Shown here: one piece after another, positions 1 to 13,550 of the stretch | How positions within the stretch are numbered: position 1 is the first letter of the stretch | Layout of the letters: every line of letters begins with the position of its first letter | From: the human T2T-CHM13v2.0 reference genome, Homo sapiens | NCBI RefSeq assembly: GCF_009914755.1 | Contig: NC_060935.1 | Length of the DNA stretch: 64,000 nucleotides | Strand: one strand, 5' to 3' | The notes under the pieces: generated by a model | What the model saw: the letters and a program-made list of their open reading frames with translations, nothing else | Told to the model about the DNA's origin: nothing | Database searches by the model: none | Translations under genes and position numbers: made by a program

Positions 1-217
1 TTTGAGGTTTCCTGAGACTCTTGGTTTTCTTTCATCATCCCGTCCAGAACCTCTGATGTCAAACTAAATTCTGTTTGGAAAAGGGTATGCTGTAGAATAA
101 TGATAGCCACAGCAATGATATTAATAATACCTTTTATCGGTTGCAGCATTTTCTTCTTTGCAAAGCACCTCTAATGACTTTATCTCTCTTGCCCTCACAG
201 CCTTCCTTGAGTGGGTA

Positions 218-840
<623 letters not shown>

Positions 841-841
841 G

Positions 842-965
842 ATTATCATTCTCTATTGACAAATGAGGAAAATGAGATTTGGAGCAAGTAAGTGACTTCC
901 CATGGTCACACAGCTATAAATGGGTAGAACCAGGCACTCAGCTTGCCTTCTAATTCACAGTCCTG
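842..965 (-). mobile_element. MIR fragment (continues the piece at ~155-217)
   Basis: AAATGAGGAAAATGAG...AAGTGACTTCCCATGGTCACACAGCTA is the reverse complement of the MIR core. Confidence 0.75.
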
Positions 966-2214
966 GGCGCTCTGCACCAGGCCATATAAGAACATGAGCA
1001 TTGCTCTTCTGGGTCAAATCCATCTGACCTAGTCTTTGGTTGCCATCACCATGCCTAAGATACCACCATTGGAGGCTACAACCATCTTCCTTGACGTCAA
1101 TCCTAAAGGTCAGGTGTAGCTTCTCTTAGTAGCTATTTATGGCTGCCTTGTCATTCACAGATTTGCCAAAATCCTTTTTGAATCCATTTCCATTTCCAGG
1201 AAGTATCCTTTTTAGGGGTGATGAATGACAAGTTTATAATCTCCTGGGCTCCTGGAAATCTGGTCTTTTGGAGAGAGGTTGTTGGTTGTGAAGATAGGAA
1301 GATGGCAGAAGGCTTTGTAGTGGTGAGGCCAGGTCTAGACCTAGCTCTGCGTTTTTCAGCTCTGTCACCATTGACATCGTTTTTTTCATCGTAAGCCTTA
1401 ACTTCTTCATTTTTAAAACTAGGCACTTCAGTGAGCTCTTTCTGGATTGTTGCGCTCTTTAAAAAATTCTTTTATTCTTTGTGTACCCACTTATATCTTC
1501 ATGAAGTCCTTTTGGTTAATTGAATTTTGCTGTTTTGGAATCTGGATTGGCAGTTCAGCCAGTTAAGTAGGGGGTCAGTTTGATTTGATTCTGTGTGTTC
1601 TGACTTTTTTTTTTTTTTTAAATACTTTAACCTGCTTAGGGTTACTGAGCCATCTGGGATCTAGACTGAACTCTTGGAACTTTTGAAGATGATTTCCTTT
1701 ATTTTATTTTCAATGGAGGAAAGTTGCCCACTCTTTCATCTCAGTGAGAAGTCCCATTTTAATTTGCCATCACTATTGGATGGAGCCGCTAATTGCTGGG
1801 AGGGAGAAAGCTATAGTTTAGCAACATGTTTTCCTCCTGCTCGTTCTAGGAAAACTATTATGAATCTTTAAAATAGTGATTATCCTAAACTGTTAAAATC
1901 AAATTCTATTCACAGCTCTTTGATTTCTTGCTAATTCAGGAGAGAAACTTTTCCAATCACTTTAATTTTTTTTATTAATTTAAAGCAAGCCCTGCTGAAA
2001 GCCCAAGTATATATGACTTAGAGTCTTACTAAATGAATACAGGTGTGCCTCAGTTTGTCCATTGGAGGGTTTCTGAATTTTCCATAACTAAAGATTTTCT
2101 ATTCTGTTTTGGCTGGGTGTGTGGGGTGAAAGCTCTTACTCTCTGGCAGTTATTTAAGTAGTAAGAAATTTGCTACAACTCTTCCCCACCCCCACGTTTT
2201 ACAGATAGGAAATG

Positions 2215-2430
2215 AGCACTTTGACTGTCCAGGTCAGACTTCTGATTTTGCTACTTACTAACTGTGACAGTGGTTGTGTTACTTAACTTCTGTGTGCCTG
2301 TTTGCTCATTTGTGAAACAGAAATAATAGTAGTACCTACTTCATTGGGTTGTTATAAGGATTCATCAGAAAATATTTATCCTGTGTGAGGAACGGTGGCA
2401 CATAGTAAGTGCTCCATAAGTGTTTGCTAG
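2215..2430 (+). mobile_element. MIR
   Basis: CTACTTACTAACTGTGAC...TTACTTAACTTCTGTGTGCCTGTTTGCTCATTTGTGAAA...GGCACATAGTAAGTGCTC. Confidence 0.85.
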
Positions 2431-3128
2431 GGTATTTTTCTTGTCATTGTGTGAAGTAGGTCATGCTAGCCATGCAGGGTGAAAAATGTGTTCATGTTGG
2501 TCCAGATCCTGCTTTCTCCCTGAGACCGTTCTTCCGCATAGGCGTCAATCCGTACAGTGCTGTAAAACTGCTGCCTCGGGCACCTCATGTTTGGGGCTGA
2601 GACATTGCTTCTGCGTCTTCCCCAGAAGCTGATCTCTTGTACTGTGGTGGCCAGGGTACTCTTTGTCCCATTGACCTGAGGCCTGGTGAGTCATTCCAGT
2701 TCTCGTTTAAATTTAGCCGGGCAGCGCTCCACTGCCATCGGGTCCAAATGCCGGGGAGGCTCACTGATGCGGTGTCCTGTTGCCTGTGCACGTGGCCAGG
2801 CGTGCACATCACTGTGCTTATGAGAGAGATGAAGAGCACAGATACCACCTTACTGATGGGGGTCCTGGGGCTGGGCTTGTGGGTGTTGGGGGTTCCAGAG
2901 CTCCTTCCCTTTCCTGCCTGTCAGTGCAGGATGCTTCTAAAATGTGGACTCAGCAGACATTGTTTTGAGTGCTTGCTACATGTCAGATTCTGTGCTAAGT
3001 GCACTCACAGCCAGCATCTCTGTAAGACCTCTAGCTGTCCTGTAAGGTGGGTATCAGTTTCACATTCTCAGATGGGCGGAGAGAAGCCCAAGAGGTTAGT
3101 GGACTTTTCTCTAGTAAAGAGTTGTACA

Positions 3129-3447
<319 letters not shown>

Positions 3448-4309
3448 TTATGTTCAGGTCTTCTGGCTCCATGCTCTCTGCAGCTGGGTGACCAGGGGGC
3501 TCATGGCTTCACCAGCTCTGGCCTCCTCAGTTCCTCTGGTGGCTTCTTGCGAGGAGGAAGGTTACTGCAGAGGGTTCAGCTCTTTAGGGGCCCAGGCCGC
3601 ATGGATCCAAGGACTAGTACGTCATCTCTTACCAACACAGAGAGATCAGCTTCTAGTGATAGAGGCCTTTTATGCTGACTTGAAAAACAGAAAAAGAGAG
3701 AAAAAAGAAACCCATTTACAAAAATAAAAATCCCATGCTGTTAATTTCATGCCAGCATAATCAGAAATTCCCCTTTCTACTGTTTCCCCTTAAAAGCCCC
3801 GGTGTCCTTATTATGCTGGTGCAGTCTGGAAAAACTATGGTTGGGTTTTGCCTACGTGAGGCTTATCTCTGCAGCTGCAAGGAGGGGATCCGGTACTTTA
3901 TTGTCAGCATGGAAACTTCCGCTAAATACTTAGAAAAACCTTAATTCTAAATTCCTAGCTCACTTTCAACTGTGTCCTCGGGACCTGATTTTCTTCGGTG
4001 TGAACAGATTGTGTTCAGCATTGCAGTAGAAAGGGTCCAAGTTAGGTAAGAGAAAGGACTTCCTGAGACACTGGGGTGTTACTGAGAAAGTTGTTAGAAG
4101 ACTGTCACAGACATTTTGATGAAGGGGGGACATTCTGGGCCATTTGAAGTGGTTTTTAGAGTTCTTTCCTCTTTAGGGCCATTCGGTTCCCCCAGAAATA
4201 AGAAGAAAAGACATATACACGCACATAAACCACCACCACCAGGCTTGCTGAGAACAAGTCAAATGTGCCACCAAACCATCGTCTTAGTGGGAGATGGGGT
4301 GGCACTGCA

Positions 4310-4495
4310 GGGGCAGAAAGACTGACGTCTGATGGACTTGGGTTTGAATACTAGTGCTCCATGGTGAATTTGGGCAAATGACTTCACCTCTGTGAAGCAG
4401 CAGTATCCTCTTCTGTGAAGTGAGGTTAGCCCCTACCTCTCAATGTGGTTTTTAAAGTATGTTAATGAGATCACTTGTAACCTAAAGCACACAGA
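4310..4495 (+). mobile_element. MIR fragment
   Basis: GGGTTTGAATACTAG...TTGGGCAAATGACTTCACCTCTGTG...CTCTTCTGTGAAGTGAGG. Confidence 0.65.
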
Positions 4496-4589
4496 GTGTG
4501 AGGCCACCTCCCTACTTCCTGCTTCTCTCATGACCCCAGCCTGACAAGGGAGCCGCTGAGCCCCCTGCCACCCTCACCCGGCGTTGTGC

Positions 4590-4810
4590 TCTAAGTGGAT
4601 TAGCTCAGCGTTGTGATCTTAATGCCATTAGGCCTGTTGGCACGGCTCTCCTTGCCATAGTGAGAAGCAGATGTGGCCGACCATAATGGCCCTTAGCGTG
4701 ATCCATCGGGCCCACAGTGCTGGGGCAACCATTATTAGTGTTAATTTGGGGGAGCTTTTTATGGTAGCTGGGGGAAATGTGGAGGGATTGTTGGAAATTT
4801 ATTTAAGCTG
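4590..4810. promoter_or_regulatory. Candidate enhancer (homeodomain motif cluster)
   Basis: Repeat-free; many TAAT/ATTA cores (TAATGCCATTA, CATAATGG, CCATTATTAG, TTAATTT), TTTATGG and a CAGATG E-box. Confidence 0.4.
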
Positions 4811-5529
4811 TTCAGCAGGTTAGGTGCTGCTGGGGTCTACTATGGCAAAACCCTCAGCTCCCCCAACCCATCTCTTTAAGGAACGTCCCTCCCCAACACC
4901 GAAGCCCAGGCCTGATTACTTCCAGAGTTGGAGAGACAACTTAGCAGGCTCTTGTTTCTTGCCGATGTACCTTATTAGTAGCACCTGGCATCATAACCCA
5001 CTAATGGGAACCAGTGCTCTCCTCCTGCGTGGCCAGTGACAAGTAGCCCTGTCAGCCGGAGCTCGCCGTGCGAGGAAGTTCCTATTAGCTTTATGGTCAG
5101 GAGAACTTGTCCTGTTCAGGAAATGAATGTTGCCGCTAAAGGTCCGCGGCCCTGACCCTGGCGGCATAACCTGTGCGGGCCGGGGAGACCCTGTGCAGGA
5201 TGCTTGGGATTTCAGCCCCTCTCTGGTTCTTGTCATATGTAAAGAGGGAATCATTGTGGTATGTTGCAGCCTTGAACTTTTGATTTATGCAGTGAGGGCG
5301 ACTTAACCGTTTCCATGCCTGGACGGCTGTGCAGTGACAGAGCCGTGTTGTGAGCGTATGTGCCTAGGTACATGTGTGTGTGGGGTGGTCAAGGGGAAGG
5401 AGAGACCCCCACGTGCTAGCAGGGGCTGTTGCTGGGAGCGGGTGGATTTCATGGGAGGATTCCTTTTCTTTTTTCTTTTTCTTGCATTCTTGCAGCATCT
5501 AAATTTCCTGCGATTGTTGGCTGCAAAGT

Positions 5530-6125
<596 letters not shown>

Positions 6126-6359
6126 TAAGTTTTTAAAAATTAAAAAGAATGGCATAGTGCTTTTTTGCTCTTTAACAGATCAAGACCAAAAGTTTTCCCC
6201 CCATCATAGCCCAAAGTCCTAAAGAAAGGCTACTTAAGTTGTTCGTTTTCTTTTGTTTCTCCCATGAGTAATGTTTCTAAGTGTGATTTTTGCAGAGAAC
6301 AGCAGTGTCTGACCTCATTCTTGAGGGGAACTTTTCTGCCTGCCTCTTCTTGAGAAAAA

Positions 6360-7060
6360 ATGTTTGTGAGTTGTCTGGCAAATGGATGCGTTACTTTTGC
6401 TGCTGTTGCTGCCGCTGCCGTTTTAAAGGCCCCTGGTGACAAAGGAGTGAACTGCACTTTCGGGGAAAGCATGCCGGAATCTGGCCCAGAAAAGAGGGGC
6501 CGCTGGGGGAAGGGTTTGGAGATGACGCCTCCTCAGGAACTTTAAAAGAAATCTGTCCATCTGTCTCTGGCATTTATGGCATCGTTGACAGCAGTTCAAG
6601 GAAAAATAAAAATAAGTTCTTATCTGATTGCGGGGCTGATTGCAAAGCCGAAGGACTAGAGTGGCCAGCGAGTCGGGCGGCTGGATCTGGAGTTTTGGAG
6701 AAAGGGCCACTGGCTCATTTCTGGGCACGCACGCTCACGGAGGCAAGTTCTCACCTCCTCGTGGGCTTCTCTTCACTTTACGTGGAAAAACTGTGTACGT
6801 CTCAAATTAAAAGCAGCTCTTGCCCCGCTTAGAGCCGGTGAAAGCTGCTTCGAAGGCGTTTGTAGAGTAGGGATTGGAAATGTTCAATGCAAAAGTTAAA
6901 TCGTGACAGTTGTCCCCTAAATGATCTGCTAAATTAAGGATCCGCTAACATTTGTGAGTCTACCTCCCTGCATTCCCCCCACCCCCACCCCCGCCCCCTT
7001 GGCAGAAGGGATAAAGATGGTACCTAAAAACAATGTGAAGCGGCTGCTAAATCGAGTGAC
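6360..7060. promoter_or_regulatory. Candidate enhancer (CpG-retaining, TALE/HOX-type motifs)
   Basis: Repeat-free; local CpG enrichment at 6620-6905; TTTATGG, TGACAG x2, TGATTG x2. Confidence 0.45.
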
Positions 7061-9168
7061 TCTAAAAACATTTTTCTTTCCTTGAAGTTCAGTGTGGAAA
7101 ACCAGACTGGACTTGTCAGGGATGCAGACCTATATAGGGCCCATGTGCCTGGCCCCTTTCCTCACTTTCTAGCACAATGGTTTTCATTGCCACCTCTCCC
7201 GCGCCTTTCCCCCCTTCATAATTATCCACTATTTTACTTTCTGTGTCCTGACAGCTACAAGAGTAGTTTTTGTTTTTTTGAGCTGAGTAGCTGCTAAATA
7301 TTCCCCAGCAGCCAGATTCAACGGCTGGGGGGGAGAATAGGCCAAACCTTGGCATCCCCTGTTGCAAAAGTGAAAAATATTTCTGTTTGCAGTTAATTTT
7401 AGTGGCAAGCAGATCATGTTAACTGGATGTAATTGCTTCCAGATATGGCCGAGGGTTTTGTGTGTTGAGATGAAGGGTCTGGTAAGTGCTTACTTCCTGT
7501 GTAAATTAGCCTATTCCATTCAGTCTTTCATTCTGGCCAGCCCTGGATTCTGTCATTCTGCTCCCATTTTCCCCCTCCCCAGCCTGCAGCCTGGTGTGAG
7601 AAGCCGCTTGCTATGTTCCTCTAAGTGTAATTCTTTTGTCACTTGGAGCCACTCTCCTCTTGGTTCTTGATGTGAGTTTGCCCTTAAATAATGAGAAGGG
7701 TTTGAAAAGATGCCACCTGGACCCCAGGCCACCTCCCGCCTCTTTCCCAGCAAAGGCAGATCTGAAGAGCATCTCCTGGTCATGGGGGTTGCATCTTGGA
7801 ACCCAGAACTCCTTGTTTTCTATGCATTTTTTTTTCCTACTGCCCTCTGACCCCCGACTCTCACCTGGGAGAACACCTTCTCTTTCTCTCAATTAGTCCG
7901 ACTCCTCCTCAGCCTGAACTAAGCACGTTCCAGTGGGTCCGAAATCTCAGAAAAAATGAAACGGCTGTTGCGCAGAGGAGAAGGTTGTGGCCACAGAAAG
8001 GAGTTGCCTCATCAGACGTGAAGCCGCCACCTTGCCTTGCAAAGCAGGCTGCACCTCCTGACACACCTGCCCCTCCCTGCAAGAAAGGGAGGGGAAATCC
8101 CACCCAAGAGAACCTTCTCCAGGTTCCTGTGGGTTTCCAGGGTTGCAACTGAAGAAAAGTGTTAAGATTCATGTTCTCCTAAATTCTGCTTTTGTCCTGT
8201 GGCCAGTCCCACATTCTTAGTGCTATTTGCATAAGAGGTTGCTGTTTATCTTCCTATATCAGCCCCACTGATAACCCCTGTGGTCTGTTTAACAACCTAT
8301 GAGGAGTAGATTACTTGATAAATGCCAGTTTTTCCAATATGCAAAGATAAACTGTTGGGGTCAGGGTGAGGGGTGGTGTGTTATGAAGGAGGGGACAGGT
8401 GGGGAGCCAGGACCCTCTTTTAGTGGGCTGGAGAAGTGTGAAAGAGCCTGATGAAAGAAAACAGGTAGCTTGTCACATACAACAGCTGCATTTATCATAC
8501 GGTTGATCAGCTTCCTGCCCTCACCTACTTTTCTCCTCCTTCATGTGGACATGCAGAGTCTCTGAGAACATTTCATCAAGTGGGTTGCCTATGCCCACAT
8601 TAATACAAGATGGGAAAGGGTGGAGGTTATCTTTGCTTTTTAAGTTCCCATCTTTTTCTCCCTTGGTCCTCTCCCACCCCTACAAGTTGTTGGCTGGTAA
8701 GCAATTGATGCTCAGAAAAATGATGTTCATCTGAAATCTTAAATGAGTGGACTTTTTCTACCTTCCCTGACTTTGCAGGTGCTTCTTGAAGAGCCAAGGA
8801 GAAAAGAAAACTTCTGACCTCATCACCTAGTCAATAAGCTGTCTGAGAAACAAACAAAAGAGTTTAGACTGGCTGCTAAAGCTAGGAACCCAGCTGATAG
8901 CTTTGTTTTGATGTCCTTGTAATGTTTGCGGATCGCAGAGGGTGCTATTTAGAGCAGGGGGCATCTACTGGGACAGACTCACTGGGAAGTTGAAACAGCT
9001 AGCTCAAAGTCCAAGAGATGCTAAAGATAGTGAAATACAGCCCAGGAATTGAGGGGGAGGGGGTTCCTCACTCAAGAAGGAGACTTTCTAGGAGGGGGCG
9101 GGCGTGGTATTTTCTAGGGACAGTATGGAATGAAGGGAAGAAGGTTGGCTTTAGAAGGAGGCACCCTG

Positions 9169-9479
9169 TGGGAGGCTGAGACAGGTGGGTCACCTGAGGT
9201 CAGGAGTTTGAGACCAGCCTGGCCAACATGGTGAAACCCAGTCTCTACTAAAAATACAAAAATTAGCTGGGTGGCAGGTGCCTGTAATCCCAGCTAGTCG
9301 GGGGAGGCTGAGGCAGGAAAATCGCTTGGGATTACAGGTGCCTGTAATCCCAGCTAGTCGGGAGAGGCTGAGGCAGGAAAATTGCTTGAAGGAGGCGGAG
9401 GTTGCAGTGAGCCCAGATCCTGCCGTTGCACTCCAGCCCAAGACTTTGTCTCATTAAAAAAAAAAAAAGAAGAAGAAGA
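9169..9479 (+). mobile_element. AluS, 5'-truncated, with internal 60-bp tandem duplication
   Basis: Starts at TGGGAGGCTGAG; TSD AGAAGGAGGCACCCTG at 9153-9168 and 9480-9495; A tail followed by (GAA)n. Confidence 0.92.
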
Positions 9480-9495
9480 AGAAGGAGGCACCCTG

Positions 9496-9660
9496 GATGA
9501 AGACTCAGGCTCCAGAATTTACTATCTGTATGTCTTGGGCAAGTGGCTTAGCTTCTCTGAGCCCCTGTTTACTTTTCTTTTGAAAATGACCACCTTGTCC
9601 ATGGTAATGAGGATAAAAAACGTGTAAAGTGCATAGCAGAGTGCAGGTGTACTGGGTAGA
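9496..9660 (+). mobile_element. MIR (host of the Alu at 9169)
   Basis: TCTTGGGCAAGTGGCTTAGCTTCTCTGAGCC...GTAATGAGGATAAAA...TGTAAAGTGC. Confidence 0.75.
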
Positions 9661-11842
9661 CATGTATGATTGCGCTGTAGCCCTGTTATGGCCCGGGGAG
9701 AAACTATGAAAGGAACCAGTGAAATCTTTTGTTTTGGGCACTGCTAAATTGATGATAGTACTAACCCTGTGCTAGCAGCCAGCCGGTGAAATAATAGGTG
9801 AATAATGTTAGTACATTGTGAATATAAAAGTTTCCATTTGCAAAGTGCTACTGCTGTTCTAAAGAAGCCACATTTCTAATAAATGATTGCTTAATCCTGT
9901 GATGCTGCCACAGCCCCACAGAGTTTGGGAATGTTTGGGAATTCTTTCTGAAGTGTGTGCCGCATTCTTTTGCTTTGCCTTTTGGGAGGGTAGATGTGAC
10001 TATTGGAAATGGTCAAAATAATGCAGTAGCAAATCTGTTGACTATAGTGAGTGATAAGCACTGTCGGCTGCTGTGTCTGACTCGGAAGGCAGATTCTGGA
10101 AGGGGTGTGTGGGGAAGGCTTGTTGGCTCAGCACTGGGGTGAGTGTTGGCCTCACTTCTTAGGTGGGAAGTGGACAAGGCCAAGGGGCTTTTGATTTCCA
10201 GCTACTATGGCTGGACTCCCAGTGAGGAAGGAGTCGCTGCCATGGATTGCCTGGGACTGGGAAGACTCCTTTTAACTGCTGTAATGTTTCTGCATTTGTG
10301 GTTTGGCCTCCTGTGAGTTTGGGCTCCGGGGCGGCACTTCTGTTGTTAAAAGAACAGAAAAGAAAACAAAACAAAACAAAAAACCAGGACTGTCACTGTT
10401 AGATGTTGGTTGAGGCTAGAAAGAATGGATTGAGTTTTGACCCCCTACACCCCAGGGAGTAGGGAGGCCTGGGAGGCACAGTGGCCTGAGTTTGAATTCT
10501 GACTCTGCCTCTTTGGAAGGCTCTGGAAGGTTAAAGGAGCTTGTGTGTTCAAATCTTAGCCTGGTACCTGGCATATACTCAGCATGTATTTTTTCCCCTT
10601 TCCTGACAATGTTCCTTGCCCCGAACACTTGAATAGTGGAGAGAGGAATGTTTGCTTTTCCTCTCCATTGAACCAACACTCGCCCATCCACTGAGCCCAA
10701 GATTCACCTTAGGATTGTCTGTTGGACTCGGCTCTTTTGTGACCTAACAGTGCAGGGGCCTTGTGCTGAGCTGCACATGCTCGCTCTCGCTGGTGCTCCC
10801 TCTCTCTCTCTCTCTCTGTCTGCATTATTTATAGTAAACCATATTAGAACAGAGTGTTAAAGAGGAAGGATGAGTCATTCCCATTGAAACCATTGATGAC
10901 ATAAATAAAAGCAAAATGCTTACTATGTGTTTTGTGCAGTATTTAAGGCCAGGTTGTGCTAATTTGAATGCTCCCAAACTGGATCTGTGAAAGCATACAT
11001 ATGTGGGAAAAAATTCAGGTTTAACTAGAGGGAAGTTATTTATTGAAAATCCATTTCAGTATCTGCTTTCTCCCTTCTATTTACTTCAGATCCATATTCA
11101 TATCATGCTTGTTGTTCTGGCTAACGAGAGGGACTGGCTTATTCACTAGCTAAGGTTTGTTTATTTTCGGAAGGTTGAGGAATAGCACAGAGAGGTTGTC
11201 TAAGTGTCCCTGTCTCCATTCCTCCTCTTGCCACCTGTTGAGGAAGGCACTCTCCACCTGCTTTGCAGGCGTGGGCTCTCAATGTGTCCAAGAATCACAG
11301 TCAGAGCTGAAGGGCCCTTGGAATCATTTATTGCAGCATGCTCATTTGGGAGGAGTAAGTGGAGGTCCAGAGAGGTTCTGTGATTTTCCCTAGGTCACAC
11401 AGCAAGCTAGAGGCAAAACCAGGACCCTCACTCCCAGCCCACTTTAATTCTTCCTTCACAAGCCTGCCTGTGACTGCCCAGGTCTGTTCTCTGCTTCTAC
11501 CAAGGGGTAGGCAAGACTAGAATCTGACTTGAGAGCAGTTTCAGATCTTTGTCTGTGAGGGATGCTGGGGGGTTTCTGGCATGGTGACTTGCCTCCTGGG
11601 ACACTCATTAACCTCTCTGCTGCTGAGCCTGAGCAGACTAATGTACATCAACTCCTTAGGATTTACAGACAATGCCCTATGTTGGGGGTTTTGAGACCCA
11701 AAGATTGCTAAGACATGGGACTTTTCCTTGAAGAGCTTATACTTTGAGTTAAAATATGTATGTTGATATCTATGACAGAGAATAGGAAATGGAAAGACTA
11801 TGATATATATATTCAGAGTTGAAATGACTTCTGTCTGGAGTG

Positions 11843-12240
11843 ATTCATTTTAAATTTTAAAACCTTGTTGAGCACTTACTGTCTGCTGGGCACCTGGGTA
11901 GGCCCTGGGAATACTGTGATGAGCAAGATAGACAAGACGTCTACCCTCCTGGGGCTTTCCTAATGGGGAAGAAAGATCCTTACTTAGCTAGCAGTCCTGT
12001 CCGTAACTGTGTAAGGGTGATTTTGATACATGTTGGGAGCCTGGATGAAGCAGCACATGAGTAGGATATTAAAGGATAAGTAGGTTTTGAAGACGGGGAC
12101 AGAAAGAAGGAAAATTGTGGTCAGGGCCAGGGGAGAAAACAAGGAGTAACTTTCTTTGGCAGGAATGAGGGTGATTCATGCTGGAATGGTAGGCTGGGGT
12201 CAGACTGTGGTGCTATAAATGCGGGGAGAGAGATTAGAGA
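11843..12240 (-). mobile_element. L2 fragment
   Basis: TTGTTGAGCACTTACTGTCTGCTGGGCAC...GTGATGAGCAAGATAGAC...CTACCCTCCTGGGGCTT is the reverse of the L2 3' end. Confidence 0.65.
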
Positions 12241-12353
12241 AGGCAGCATGAAGAATGGAGAGAAAATGAGTTTGAAGTTGAGCAGACCCGGGTTCAGATT
12301 TTCATGCTGCCACTTGCAAACTGTGTGATGTTGGCCATCAAGGACTGTGAACT

Positions 12354-12670
12354 GGCTGGGTGCAGTGGCTCACACCTGTCATCCCAGTGCTTTGGGAGGC
12401 CAAGGCAGGAGGATTGCGTGAGGCCAGAAGTTTGAGACTGGCTTGGGCAATATAGCGAGACGATCTTTCCAAAAAAAAAAAAAAAAAATTAAAAATGCAG
12501 CTGTGCATGCCCATAATCCCAGCTTCTCGGGTGGCTGAAGAGGGAGGATGGCTTGAACTTATAAGTTCAAGGCTGTGGTGAGCTATGATCACGCCACTGC
12601 ACTCCAGCCTGGGCAACAAAGTGAGACCCTATCTCTATTTCAAAACAACAACAACAACAACAGCAACACA
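12354..12670 (+). mobile_element. AluJ, inserted in a MIR
   Basis: GGAGGATTGCGTGAGGCCAGAAGTTTGAGAC; AAGTTCAAGGCTGTGGTGAGCTATGATC (J diagnostics); (CAA)n tail. Confidence 0.9.
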
Positions 12671-13249
12671 CACCATGAACTGTAGCTTCTTCATTCCTAC
12701 AGTGCAGTTATTGTGTGGGATAGCCTGAGGATTTGGGGTCGTGTACTTAACACACTCTGCACAGTGCCTGTAACAGTGTAGTTGCTCAATAAATATAACT
12801 GCTGTTTGTTTTAACTGCTGTTTCTTTTTGGACTTTATCCCGGGAGAGTTGGAGCCTTGGAAGGCATTTGAAAAGGAGAGTGACGTGACTGGAGTGCTCC
12901 ATACTGATGTGACATCCACTAGGCATGTGTCTGACTGCCCCCTGCTCCTTCCCTGCCTTCACGAGCCTGTCTGAAAAGGAGTTTAGTGCGTGATCATCAG
13001 CTCCTAAGGAGACCTCTCCCCTGTATCTTGTACCTGGCACTCTACCAAGATTTGATGAAAGGACATGAAATGGACCCTTGCCACCTCTCGGTGGGCGGGG
13101 AAGCTGGGAGAGGGGCCTGGGGAGAGGGGGTCTTCAGCTGTCAGGATCAAAGGAAGTGACACTCTGAAGCTGGTCTGCCGGACTGTTACCCGTCTCTCTA
13201 ACTCTCTTTTAATAGAAACCCAGTCTCCCCTCTTGCCTCCCTGATAGTG

Positions 13250-13550
13250 AACAGCGACGCTATCTCCCGCGGGCCAGTCTCGGCTGTGGTCGTAGCACTA
13301 CGCAATGTCTGCAAACCGACAGTGGCATGGGGAGATAAGGGCCCCAACGTTGTGTAACGAGGGGCATGGGCTGTTTGCCCGAGTGGCTCCTGGCCCCTGG
13401 GTAACTGCTAACCTCAACGGAGGAGCGGGCCGGCCTTGGAAACGCCGTTCCAGGGCCCCTCGCTGGTTCCACGGATGCCTTTTTGTGGTTGGATAAAGGA
13501 AGCTCATGTAGGCCGCCCACAGCGCAGCATGGCCTTGGGCTACGGGTGTT
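13250..13550. promoter_or_regulatory. Small orphan CpG-rich segment
   Basis: About 20 CpGs in ~300 bp of non-repeat GC-rich sequence (hand count). Confidence 0.5.
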
